From Octopus sinensis (Eukaryota): 64,000 nucleotides of DNA. The stretch is taken from the NCBI RefSeq assembly GCF_006345805.1, contig NC_043009.1, forward strand, positions 70,246,001 to 70,310,000. The letters are read 5' to 3'. The notes beneath the pieces are model-generated. The model saw only the letters and a list, made by a program, of their open reading frames with translations. It made no database searches and was not told the DNA's origin. A program made the position numbers and the translations under genes. Shown here piece by piece: positions 37,254 through 50,819 of this stretch (the first letter of the stretch is position 1; every line of letters begins with the position of its first letter).

Positions 37254-38797
37254 AATCTTCAAGTAGTCCGTGGCAGGAATAGAAAGCAAAAATTGGACCG
37301 TGTACGTTCAAGAACACTAACAATTTATTTGTGTGCCGTGTTAAGTTGGGATTCCAAAACGACAATGTAACCTTTATATAATGAAGGTATTCTCGGTCGA
37401 ATGAGTAGCCAGTTGAATAACCCTCGCAGAGTAATTATTACATCTGAAGATCTACTAGCTAGGAAACATCTGTACTCTGGATTCTACCTGTATTAAAAAA
37501 ATATTATATATTAAAAAAATGTTCCGGACTAGTTATGTTGAAGATACTCGCCTTCGAAATAGTCCCCTTTCGCAGCAGTACTCCAGTCCCAGCGTTCCTG
37601 CTTCTTTTGGAATCCGGCCTGCAAGTCGTTTCCCATTCTCTCTTGATCTCGACAATAGTGTTAAAACGGCGACTTTTAGCTGTATTTTAATCTTGGGGAA
37701 GAGATGGAAGTCCTGGCAAATAGGGCGATTGCGGAAACGACAGCACATTACTTTTGGCGAGAAACGCATGAGAGAGGAATGCTCAGTGGCGGGGAGCATT
37801 ATGATCGTGAAACCCGAGCTGATCTCACTTTGCCTTTATCCATCGATCTCCGGCCGCGCTGTCGTCTAGCGGTTACCAAAGCACTACGAAGATAAACGAT
37901 TGTCTCCCTTCGGCCTTGGCTATTGGATTTCGGCTGTGGTGCCGCCATGCTGATTCCAAAAGGCCAGAAGGAATTTTCTAAAATGCAGGCGTGATCCGAG
38001 AATTTCCGTGCTTCTCCGGATTTATGTATTTCTAGAAACTATGTATGTATGTGTGTGTGTGAGGGTATATATATATATATATGTAATTTTAAAAGAAGCA
38101 GCAAGTAGGTGGGAGTGTAGAGATTTTCGCCGAGCCTTGCGACGTTAAGCCGAACTTAGCACTTAGGACCATGCTAGTCAACGGTAGTTTGGACATACAT
38201 ATTTTTTACGTTACTCATAAGTTATTAGGCTCTAAATTTTACTTTGTAAATTATTAATTTTTGTCATTTGTAAATTTTCTTTTTGCATTTTGGCATTCAT
38301 TCGTATTTGCGTAAGTTCACTTTTAACTATTGTTTTTATTCGAATATATTTATTTGTCATTGTTTTCATTATTATATCATCACAAGTATATATTTTATTT
38401 TTATCCCTACATATTATTAATTTTATATGAATGTTTACAGACATAAGTCACGTGAGAATTTAGTTTTTGTAAATTGTTTATTTTTTTATTTTTAAATTAT
38501 ATTATGGCTTGCACAGGAAGGTCCGGTGAACCTATTCACACCTATGCATGCTTATCTGTTAAGATCAAAATATAATATTTGGTATCGAACTATGATAAAG
38601 TTATTTAGAGACCTGACGATTGAGGTTGCGTTTTAAGAAAGGTTCCTGTAAAATACTGCATGTTTAAGGAACCGTAAAAGAACCTGAAGAAACACGTGTA
38701 GCAGAGATTTAGAAATGAATAGTAAGTATTAAAATAAAATTCTTTTATATGGTGTGATGATAGGGACTGCTATCTCTAAATAACGCACACACACACA

Positions 38798-38845
<48 letters not shown>

Positions 38846-39038
38846 CACACACATATATATGCACATATATATACATATATGCATGTATGTATTTGTATAT
38901 TTATATAAGTATGTATGTTTATGCATTCACATATATGCATGCATGTTTGAGTGCATAAACGTGTGAATGCGTATTTGTAAGTCTTTGAACCGTGCAGATA
39001 TTGACTACTCGACTTATTAAGAATATATGTGGAAGGAT

Positions 39039-39254
39039 AAGGTGGCGAGCTGGCAGTAACTTTAGCACACTGGGCGAAATACTTAGCAGTATTTCATCCG
39101 TCTTTACGTTCTGAGTTCAAATTCCGCCGAGGTCGACTTTGCCTTTCATCTTTTCGGGGTCGATAAATTAAGTACCAGTTGCGTGCTGGGGTCGATGTAA
39201 TCGGCTGGCCCCTTACCCAAAATTTCGGGCCTAGTGCCTTGAGTAGAAAAGAAT
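39039..39254 (+). mobile_element. tRNA-derived SINE with Meta-like central domain
   Basis: GGTGGCGAGCTGGCAG...TTCTGAGTTCAAATTCCGCCGAGGTCGACTTTGCCTTTCATCTTTTCGGGGTCGATAAATTAAGTACCAG...AGAAAAGAATA. Confidence 0.9.
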
Positions 39255-39894
39255 ATGTGGAAGGATGTTGTTTAATCATCCAGGATAATCTGGGTGATGC
39301 TTACAGGATGTTCCGAACACCATAGCCTCATGTACGAGACTCGCGATATATTCTAGACAACGCAAGCTTTCTGAGAATCGCGTCTTTCCAAGAAAAACGC
39401 TTTTATAGTGCTGGTCAAAGATATTGGAAAGATGCGGTTCACTTGCTATGTACTACAGTGAAATATTGCACTCTTAGTACTTGGTTACAGATTAGTGCTT
39501 TATGCTTACTCATTGCAGTTATTTACTGATAAGTGGAACTGGATTTCCTCACGTAGGATAAGTTTGAGAAATGTGAAGAACTTGACCAAGCCTACATCGA
39601 CACTGGCAACCGCAGCGGCAGTGGCAGCAACCTGGTCGACAGTCGAGGAGAATCTAACGATATTAACATAGCCAGCTGCAGATTTCAGACCTCTCTTTCT
39701 TCGATAAACAATTCATCTTAAATAATATTAGGCATTTCATTTCTGTTCAAGTAGTTATTTGATAATAAATGAATAAGTGAATGTCTGGAGAGAGAGAAAG
39801 GTGCGGGTGGGGGGAGGGGGGAGACGGAGCAAATAAAGAAGAAGCGGGAAACCAAACAAAAGGGATGAAGGGAGGTAAAAGGGAGAAAGGCAGG

Positions 39895-39935
<41 letters not shown>

Positions 39936-39953
39936 TAATAATAATAATAATAA

Positions 39954-39984
<31 letters not shown>

Positions 39985-40329
39985 AAAGGGAGGAGAACGA
40001 AACGCTCTTGTTGCGCTATGAATTGATAAAAGGAATACAAAGAAAGGCTATTTATTCAAAGAAATTATCTCTGCAGAAGCACAGAGTTACGACGCCTGAA
40101 ATAAAGTGATTTCTAATGAAGGAACACAATGTAGATGTATTGCAACAATTCTACGGTTTGCAAGGCTCTCTGTCGCTGTGAAGTCTTACACAACATTTAT
40201 GGAACTGAACATGTTATAATAGAAATTAACAGGATTTATCAAAATTACGTAATGGCTTACAGAATTCACTAACATTTTTGAACTTGTCTGAATTTCTCGG
40301 AAAAAGAAAATACGTGGCCTGGCGAAATT

Positions 40330-40579
40330 GTAGGGTCTGCACCATTAGAATATGCTATAGAACTTGTAGGGACTGCACCGGTAGAATATGATATAGAACT
40401 TGTAGGGTCTGTACCGGTAGAATATGATATAGAACTTGTAGGGTCTGCACCATTAGAATATGATATAGAACTTGTAGGGTCTGCACCGGTAGAATATGAT
40501 ATAGAACTTGTAGGGTCTGCATCATTAGAATATGATATAGAATTTGTAGGGTCTGCACCGGTAGAATATGATATAGAAC
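40330..40579. repeat. 36-bp minisatellite, 7 units
   Basis: Unit GTAGGGTCTGCACC(GG/AT)TAGAATATGATATAGAACTT, head to tail with no spacers. Confidence 0.95.
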
Positions 40580-41737
40580 AGTTTACATTTAGCTTGTGTA
40601 GATTTGCGAGATAAGAAATCGTACATTTAAGTAGTGACGTTTTTTCTAAGAGAAAATAAACTTTTTTCAACCGATCGAACTATTATTCTCCTAAGCTAAA
40701 TACCCAGTTTTAAAACATGTGTCCCCTTTCTCTTGATGACAAACAAAAGTTTTCCAAACTCATTACCTTCATCATGTTTTTTGAAGTTGTGCCGTACACA
40801 ACGTGTTTTAAGGTTGGCTGTGTCTAAAGCAGACAAGCTTTTGTGACCAGCTTCGCTTATGCATTTAGACCAGGTTGTGGAAAATTCGTTTTTGCTGTTG
40901 AGAAGAAACAACCTGATTGCCTTTGTCAGCGTCAGCTGTTCAGAATTAATTTAATGAGTGTTTATTGTAGCTTTTGTCAAATATGAAAACTTAGTCTCAG
41001 AGAATGACTTGTTGGAAAGAAAATCTCTGTCAAACTGAGCCAAGATAACGTTGCATTAAAACACGTGCTTCAAAAATTCTAGAAAGACGCAAACGGATGT
41101 CGTGAAGTCATCAGGAAGATTTTTACACGACTTAAGAAAATTCCGATAAAACTTCAATCCATGTGCTATGGTTTTGTGTATATCAGTAAGAATTACGCAT
41201 GTCTCCCACAAAGCTTTGCGTTTCAAGTATCCCTCCACAGAATTGGATGACTTCGTGTGTGGTTATTGCTGTTGTTGTTGTTGTGGTCGTCATGGTTATC
41301 ATTTTTGTTCAGTAATCCTATCTCAAGTTTGATCGAAGAGATTTATGACCAAACTCATTCCTGTCTTCGGCTTTCTGCTTATTTGTATTTTTGGAGCCGT
41401 ATTGTCGAACATGTTTATTGCTTTCCAAATGGTATGCGTCGGTTCGTAGGGAGAGTTGGCATCTATTTCTAGCATATTGAGCTTCGCGTATGGGTAATCG
41501 CTTTACATTATAAATATATACGCTTTGCGTTATAAATTTCTCACACACTTTAGTTGCAAACAGCAGAGATAACAGAGCGATTACAAAGACAGAGACGGGA
41601 AAAATTGTTATGGAATCAAGGAGACTTATTTCTGATCCGCTTAACTCGATAATATACGAAATTAAGATTCGATCCTTTGAGACTCGGAAATTATTGACAA
41701 CTTAACTACAGCAATGTATATAGCTGTATGTGTGCAT

Positions 41738-41791
<54 letters not shown>

Positions 41792-41802
41792 ATATATATA
41801 TA

Positions 41803-41841
<39 letters not shown>

Positions 41842-41986
41842 TCATATATATATATGTATATATATATATTGTTTGGCATGACTGTATGTGTGTGTGTGTG
41901 TTTTACATTGCGTGTCAATGAACGTCATTCGTGATTATGTGTGCATGTTTCGGTATAATTTAGTTTTGGGAGGTGTAGATCTCTGT

Positions 41987-42024
<38 letters not shown>

Positions 42025-42547
42025 ACACACACAAACAAACATGCATATATGTATATGTTTATATAAATGCGCACGCAAATATATATATATATATATATAT
42101 ATGTGTATGTATATATTAAATATACATGCATACACATATATATGAGCGTGTTTGTATGTGGGGACGTTTATGCATATGTGAATGCGTGTATGTGTGTATG
42201 TGTGTGTGTGCATTTGAGAGTGTGTGTCATCGGTTTTGTGGGGGTGTATACAAGGGCGAATGTTGATAATCAAACTTTTCTGACGAAACAATCAGATTCA
42301 TAAATTGAAACTTCGCATTTCATTTTCTAGTCTTTGACTAAAGTATATAGCACACACACACACACATAAATATGAGGACGCTCATACAAGCATACACACA
42401 TTTACAGGCACACAAACGCCATGTATATACATAAGCGCCGAGAAACGAGCCTCACCATATATATATATATGTGTGTGCATACACACATTCAAATATACAC
42501 ATATACATATATATATACACATTCATACATATATATATATGTACATA

Positions 42548-42585
<38 letters not shown>

Positions 42586-42628
42586 TATATACATACATAT
42601 ATACATACACATATATATATATATATAT

Positions 42629-42674
<46 letters not shown>

Positions 42675-42967
42675 TATATATATATACACACACACACCAT
42701 ATATATATATATATATATATGCTCATGTACAAATTAATATACACTTGACAATATCCAAACACCTCTCTATCTATATTATATATACACATATGAGTACACA
42801 AACATTGTCTTCTACATATACATATATATACACACGTATATACATATATATATTTATTTATGTATATAGTTGGGTTTATGTGAGCGTGTATATTTTATAT
42901 AAGTATATACATATATGTGTGACTGTCACTATATGTGTATTTGCACATATATATGATATATATATAT

Positions 42968-43005
<38 letters not shown>

Positions 43006-43659
43006 TATACACACATATATATATATATTAGATATATACACGTATATGTACAAGCACAAACATACATTGATAAGCACATACCCACATCTATATATACATA
43101 CACTCATATGCGCATACATATGTACAGACAGCAGCTGAGTGTTAAGAATCGCTTTAATATCTTAAAAGGGGCTTTAGTAAATATAATTTCCAGAGGAATT
43201 AACGCCTAGCTTTCTTTCAATTCGTTGTTTTTTTCTATCTCTACCTTTTATAGCACTTTTCTTTGTATTTGTTGTTGTTGTTGTTGTTTTCCCTGCATTT
43301 ACAGAGAGTGCTAAACATTAAATAGCAACAATAAAAGCAGAAATAATGACGTTAGAAATATAGCAGAAATGGAAGGCCAGACGCATCACCAAAACCAGCA
43401 TGATCGCCATCGTGGTTGTATCGTCATCGTCATCATCATTTTTAATGTTACCACTGTATTTTTTCTTATGGTATTTATTATGGCTGTTGCTGATATCGAT
43501 AGTGTTGTCATTGGCAATCATATTACTGAAGAAATCAGTTTTATTCTCTCTCTTCCTCCGCATTTTTATTTCTTCTTCTCTGACATTCGCCAACCAACAA
43601 AATCACCATCACCGCTGTCGCCGTCGTCGTAGTAATCATCGTTATCGTCAACTTCGTTA

Positions 43660-43674
43660 TCATCATCATCATCA

Positions 43675-43723
<49 letters not shown>

Positions 43724-43745
43724 GATTATTATTATTATTATTATG

Positions 43746-43791
<46 letters not shown>

Positions 43792-43820
43792 TATTATTAT
43801 TATTATTATTATCATCATCA

Positions 43821-43874
<54 letters not shown>

Positions 43875-43902
43875 GATTATTATTATTATTATTATTATTA
43901 TG

Positions 43903-43933
<31 letters not shown>

Positions 43934-44060
43934 TATTATTATTATTATTATTATTATTATCATTATTATTATTTTATTATTATTATTATTATTAATTATT
44001 ATTATTATTATTATTCCATAAAGGAAATATGTTTTTATTTATTATTATTATGATTACTCT
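43660..44060. repeat. Long (ATT)n microsatellite
   Basis: Seen directly in the sequence. Confidence 0.95.
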
Positions 44061-44447
44061 AGCTGGCAGAAACGTTAACACGCCGGGCGAAATGCTTCGC
44101 GGTATTTCGTCTGCTGCTACGTTCTGAGTTCAAATTCCGCCGAGGTCGACTTTGCCTTTCATTCTTTCGGGGTCGATTAAATAAGTACCAGTTACGCACT
44201 GGGGTCGATATAATCGACTTAATCCGTTTGTCTGTCCTTGTTTGTCCCCTCTATGTTTAGCCCCTTGTGGGCAGTAAAGAAATAGGCATTCCGTCTGTTT
44301 TTACTTTCTGAGTTGAAATCCCGCCGAGGTCGACTTTGCCTTTTATCCTTTCGGTGTCAATAATTAAAATACCAGTTGCGTCCTGGGGTCGATCTAATCA
44401 ACTGGCCCCCGGCCTCAAAATTTCGGGCCTTGTGCCTAGAGTAAAAA
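44060..44447 (+). mobile_element. Two tandem tRNA-derived SINE units; a further degenerate copy lies at ~44500-44700
   Basis: Repeated TTCTGAGTT(C/G)AAAT..CGCCGAGGTCGACTTTGCCTTT...GTCGAT core. Confidence 0.9.
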
Positions 44448-44449
44448 GG

Positions 44450-44488
<39 letters not shown>

Positions 44489-44914
44489 TATTATTATTAC
44501 TTGAGATGGCAGAATCGTTAGCATGCCAAGCAAGACGCTCTGAGTTCAAATTCTCCCGAGGTTGATTTATGCTTTCGTCATTTCGGGCTCGATAAAATAA
44601 GTCCCAGATGATCTCTGGTGTCGATATAATCGACTTGCCTCCTCCAACGAACTTGCCTCCTCCAACGAACTTGCCTGCATTGAGCTAAAATTTGAAATTA
44701 TTGTTATTGTTGTTGTTGTTGTTGTTGATTTTGATATTATTATTATCTTTTTTATTTACTACCACTACAACTAGCTGCAACATTGTTTTAAAAGCTAAAA
44801 GTAAGACAGAAAAATATTATCCATGCAATAAATATTGTCATTTCATATATTTGTGTAGTGTGTGTCACTGTATGAATGTGCATATAAATATATATATGTA
44901 TATATATATGTATA

Positions 44915-44977
<63 letters not shown>

Positions 44978-45654
44978 TACATACATACATACATACATAC
45001 ATACATACAACATACATACATACATATGTATGCATGCATGTATGTATGAATGTATGTATGTATGTATGTATGCATGTATGTATGTATGCATGTATATATA
45101 TGTATATATACACACACACAAATATACGTACATATATATCTTCACTCACACAGATAAGCACACCTATGTATGTACAACAAAGATGAAACGTTTTCCTGGT
45201 AATATTTCACGAGAAATCTTTCTTCTTCTTAGGCGGCCTCACTTAATAAACTGACAATGTCGGTGTACATGAGTGGTTTGCCATCAATGACTTAAGTCAG
45301 AAGATAATCCGGGGCTTTTAGTTACGTTGCAGCTATTTTATTCCCAATATTTCACATCTCTGTCATATGTACATTTTACACTTTGAAATGATTACATCAG
45401 ACCGTCAGTTCACTTGTCGGGTGCCGGGTGGGACCGTGCTGGGTGGGACCGTGCTGCACACAGCGGAATATTCATAAGTGATTCTGGACACACGTGACAT
45501 ATGCAACTGCAAAAGCGTCTGTCTGTCTGTCTATTCTGTCTGTCTCTGTCTGCATCTCTCCTTCTACATACCACACATACACACACACGTAGGTGTACAG
45601 GCAAATATAATATATATATATATACATAGATACACACATACACGCACATATAAA

Positions 45655-45727
<73 letters not shown>

Positions 45728-45733
45728 CTATCT

Positions 45734-45776
<43 letters not shown>

Positions 45777-45785
45777 CTATCTCTC

Positions 45786-45832
<47 letters not shown>

Positions 45833-45892
45833 CTCTCTCTCTCTCTCTCTCTATTTCTACTCTCCCTCTCTCTATACACACACACACACACA

Positions 45893-48560
45893 TACATGTA
45901 TATATGCATTTATATCCATGATATGTATGTCCATTTGTGCTCGGAAGTTGCTCTACCAACTATAGCTGAAATAGATAAAGAAGAGAATGCTGTTAGATTC
46001 TAAGGGGACCAAATGAAAATTGCGACAGATCACTCGAGAGTGATTTCATACGGCGAATGCTTGTCCTGTCGTAACCTGTGTAAGTAACGTGTGACGAAAC
46101 GAATTAAATGACACGAAGACACTGAATAATAAACACGAATCTTTGCAACAACACTTCAACGCAAATAAGGTTTTTTCATCTATGAATTTCTTTGGGGAGG
46201 CTTAAATATAAAATAACGTACGTATATTTTCTGCAGGAAGCGTGTAAATGAAAGAATGAAAAAAACGTCACTAGAAGTATGTGTGACAAGGTTTTAAAAC
46301 TTGTGAACACTGGAAAGAAAGGCATAACATTAAAAAATATCTACCACATTCTTGTGCTGTAGTGGCAAACAGGTTTTTGCTATTGGCATTCGGTGGCAGA
46401 CATTGCTAAATTGGCACGAACTCACCTTGTCGTAAGGACAAACGTGCTCACATTTTTAGTTTGTACTTTAAAAGTACAAACAATAAATTCGACAGGAAAA
46501 ACAGTTTAATTGTAACAGGTAGTATTCGTGTTACATAAGGCAATCAGGTTAAACTGTTCTCTTACGTTCGAACTAGAAAATCATAGAGTTTGAAGATATT
46601 TCTAACGTAGGAAATAAACACATCAGATTGTTATGTGTTCTTTTTTTTTTACAACAGATGATGCGCGGTTCGAATCCTGCAAATAACCGGAATCGTTAAC
46701 CCAATATATTATAATTTGTTTCTGAATTCGGTCCAAGATTCTACATATAATCAAACTTTCTTTCGGTTGTGGAAACAAAGCATTGAATTTGATGTAAGAA
46801 CGATGGAATATCGTTTTGCTATAATTGCTAGCATATTTGTTTTTGGTTACACAAGATAAGGGGTTCTAATTCTGTAAGGAACATCCAACCATTCTTAGTT
46901 ATATGCCGCTTAATATATCATGAGCAATTATTTATAGATGCATTAACTCCATTGGTTTCGAGACACAGCTTTACACGCGCACACATCTCTATAAGTATAG
47001 GAATTTACCCTTCTATACACTAATGTCATAAGAATTTATAACATGAATAACTAAATTGGGGACATTAACAACGATAAGCCGTGTTTACAAATTGAGGAAC
47101 AAACTTCACACGGAAAGATTAATTCGCACTGACACTTTACTAGGTGTGATGCTTAGATATAACATTCTTCACGTCACTGAATGAGATTTATGCAATATAA
47201 ATACATACATACATACATACACACACACACATACATACATGTATATATGCATTTATATCCATGATATGTATGTCCATTTGTGCTCGGAAGTTGCTCTACC
47301 AACTATAGCTGAAATAGATAAAGAAGAGAATGCTGTTAGATTCTAAGGGGACCAAATGAAAATTGCGACAGATCACTCGAGAGTGATTTCATACGGCGAA
47401 TGCTTGTCCTGTCGTAACCTGTGTAAGTAACGTGTGACGAAACGAATTAAATGACACGAAGACACTGAATAATAAACACGAATCTTTGCAACAACACTTC
47501 AACGCAAATAAGGTTTTTTCATCTATGAATTTCTTTGGGGAGGCTTAAATATAAAATAACGTACGTATATTTTCTGCAGGAAGCGTGTAAATGAAAGAAT
47601 GAAAAAAACGTCACTAGAAGTATGTGTGACAAGGTTTTAAAACTTGTGAACACTGGAAAGAAAGGCATAACATTAAAAAATATCTACCACATTCTTGTGC
47701 TGTAGTGGCAAACAGGTTTTTGCTATTGGCATTCGGTGGCAGACATTGCTAAATTGGCACGAACTCACCTTGTCGTAAGGACAACGTGCTCACATTTTTA
47801 GTTTGTACTTTAAAAGTACAAACAATAAATTCGACAGGAAAAACAGTTTAATTGTAACAGGTAGTATTCGTGTTACATAAGGCAATCAGGTTAAACTGTT
47901 CTCTTACGTTCGAACTAGAAAATCATAGAGTTTGAAGATATTTCTAACGTAGGAAATAAACACATCAGATTGTTATGTGTTCTTTTTTTTTTTTACAACA
48001 GATGATGCGCGGTTCGAATCCTGCAAATAACCGGAATCGTTAACCCAATATATTATAATTTGTTTCTGAATTCGGTCCAAGATTCTACATATAATCAAAC
48101 TTTCTTTCGGTTGTGGAAACAAAGCATTGAATTTGATGTAAGAACGATGGAATATCGTTTTGCTATAATTGCTAGCATATTTGTTTTTGGTTACACAAGA
48201 TAAGGGGTTCTAATTCTGTAAGGAACATCCAACCATTCTTAGTTATATGCCGCTTAATATATCATGAGCAATTATTTATAGATGCATTAACTCCATTGGT
48301 TTCGAGACACAGCTTTACACGCGCACACATCTCTATAAATATAGGAATTTACCCTTCTATACACTAATGCCATAAGAATTTATAACATGAATAACTAAAT
48401 TGGGGACATTAACAACGATAAGCCGTGTTTACAAATTGAGGAATAAACTTCACACGGAAAGATTAATTCGCACTGACACTTTACTAGGTGTGATGCTTAG
48501 ATATAACATTCTTCACGTCACTGAATGAGATTTATGCAATATAAATACATACATACATAC
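45893..48560. repeat. Near-identical tandem duplication, period 1,343 bp
   Basis: TATATGCATTTATATCCATG starts at 45901 and at 47244. The copies differ only by a few substitutions and homopolymer indels, and the junction lies in a CATA/CA microsatellite. Confidence 0.95.
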
Positions 48561-48614
48561 ATACAAACACACACATACACACATACATACATGCATACAT
48601 ACATATATACATAC

Positions 48615-48658
<44 letters not shown>

Positions 48659-48659
48659 G

Positions 48660-49021
48660 TTGCACTCCGTCGGTTACGACGACGAGGGTTCCAGTTGATC
48701 CGATCAACGGAACAGCCTGCTCATGAAATTAACATGCAAGTGGCTGAGCACTCCACAGACAAGTGTACCATTAAGGTAGTTCTCGTGAGATTCAGCGTGA
48801 CCCAGCTGGTCCTTTGAAATACACCTACAACAGAAGCAGGATGAAAGAGTGAGAGAAAGTTGTGGTGAAGGGATACAGCAGGGTTCACCACAACCCCCTG
48901 CCGGAACTTTGTGGAGCTTTAGGTATTTTCGCTCAATAAACACTCACAACGCCCGGTCTTGGAATCGAAACCGCGATCCTGCGACTGTGAGTCTTTTGCC
49001 CTAACCACTGGGTCATTGCGC

Positions 49022-49024
<3 letters not shown>
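48660..49024 (-). mobile_element. tRNA-derived SINE (~360 bp)
   Basis: tRNA-like head on the minus strand: GCGCAATGACCCAGTGGTTAGGGCAAAAGACTCACAGTCGCAGGATCGCGGTTTCGATTCCAAGACCGGGCG (A and B boxes). Confidence 0.8.
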
Positions 49025-49088
<64 letters not shown>

Positions 49089-49179
49089 TACACAACTGCA
49101 TTACTAAAATTCAATTCTTTCGATTCTTTGCTTCCTTCATGGCGTAAGGACTCATTCACTTTCGAAGTTCACAACACAG

Positions 49180-49560
49180 ATTTTGGTCAACATCTACCAC
49201 GAACAGAATGCCACGAACTTTGAAAACAAACATTCAGATAATAAGAAAACAGAAGGCAAAGGAATACGCAGGGACCAATGATCTTCCGATGGATCTCCAC
49301 CTACAATTCCAAAGTTACACAACGTGACATACAGCATTATATATCAAAACATACCAAAACCGAAACAAAGACTCTAGAATGAACTAAGCTGAACAAATCG
49401 CCTACAATTATAAAAAGCGAGCGATAAGCCAAACCATGGGAACATTGCAAACTGTGCACAATCACAAGAGAAGCATCAGCGAAAACATATTGAAGAGCCA
49501 ACTTGGACATTTGTTCAAGTTTGCCAGAAGAATCGAAATTCCTTTCTAATGATTGATAAT
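49180..49560 (+). mobile_element. Penelope-like element fragment (RT-endonuclease linker), degraded
   Basis: WISTYNSKVTQ..YIKT..KDSRMN..IKSER.AKP..CKLC resembles the PLE STYNP / KSKRQ / C-x2-C linker. Confidence 0.5.
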
Positions 49561-50134
49561 TCTGAAATCAGTAACAATAAGAAGAATGGCTTCAAAGTTT
49601 GGCACAAGGCCAGCAATGTTCAACTGGTGCTTATTTCATCGACCACAGAATGATTCTAGTTGAACACTGGACTCGATCTGGTCAACGTGAGTCGAGGTTA
49701 AACTCAGAACGTAAAAACGGACGGAATGCCGTTAAACATTTTGTTCGGCATACTAAAGATTTAGCTAAGTCGCCACCTTAAAGTCGCCACCACCACCACC
49801 ACCACAGCAACAACAACAACGACGTGTCCGAAGTCCGTGCAATAGCCTGCTCTGGACCCTGGTTTCCGGTAACATAAGTAGCAAACTAAGATGTCCTTAA
49901 ATGAAGATACGATTTTGCACAGACAGCAGATTCGAACTCGAGATCACGGTTAAACGTCTTCAGGGAAATTGAACACAGATGCACCATTAAAAGACAACCA
50001 AATTGTACGATTTTGGCCTTGTTTCAATTTTCCGATGGCACATTGCAACGGCGGATCACCCGAAAAGTTATCACATCCATAGCGGTCTGTCGGCCTTTCC
50101 TGAATAAGCATAGCAACAAAGAGAGGCTAAAAGT

Positions 50135-50191
<57 letters not shown>

Positions 50192-50705
50192 AACTACTAC
50201 TACTACTGCTGCTACATGTACAACAACTACTGATGCTGTGATTACTACTATAAATAAAAGAAGTTCAGCCATTGCCTGAAGGACACAACAGACTACTATT
50301 ATGAAAGTTTCGTTTAGTATGAGGAACTGTTATACTATCATAAAAGATTAATTTAATTTCATAATTTAATTTCATTCACTTCATATAACCATTATATTTC
50401 AACAATTAAAACTGTAACATTTTTTGATAAAAATCTACGACCATCTTTTTTATGAACTCCTCAAAGAATTTTCTCCAATCATTTTTAATATAATTTTCAA
50501 CGTTTGATGTTCAGAATTTTAAGCTCTTATGTATGTATGTATGTATGTATGTATGTATGTATGTATGTATGTATGTATGTACGTACGTACGTACTTATAT
50601 ATGTATGTATGTATGTATGTATGTACATATGTATGTATGTACGTACGTATGTATGTATGTATCTATCTATCTGTCTATATGTCTGTCTGTCTGTATGTCT
50701 GTCTG

Positions 50706-50782
<77 letters not shown>

Positions 50783-50819
50783 TTCTGTGTCCATCCATCC
50801 ATCCATCCATCTATCTCGT

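Noticed and set aside
40330-40579. 36-bp repeats as a CRISPR array (likewise the 27-bp repeats at 24.0-24.2 kb)
   Set aside because: The units are contiguous with no unique spacers, there are no cas genes and the context is eukaryotic.
40696-41238. Possible DDE transposase remnant (SEAGHKS)
   Set aside because: A single weak motif with no TIRs or other catalytic residues identified.
48950-49024. tRNA-like sequence
   Set aside because: It is the head of a ~360-bp SINE, and the acceptor stem and cloverleaf are incomplete.
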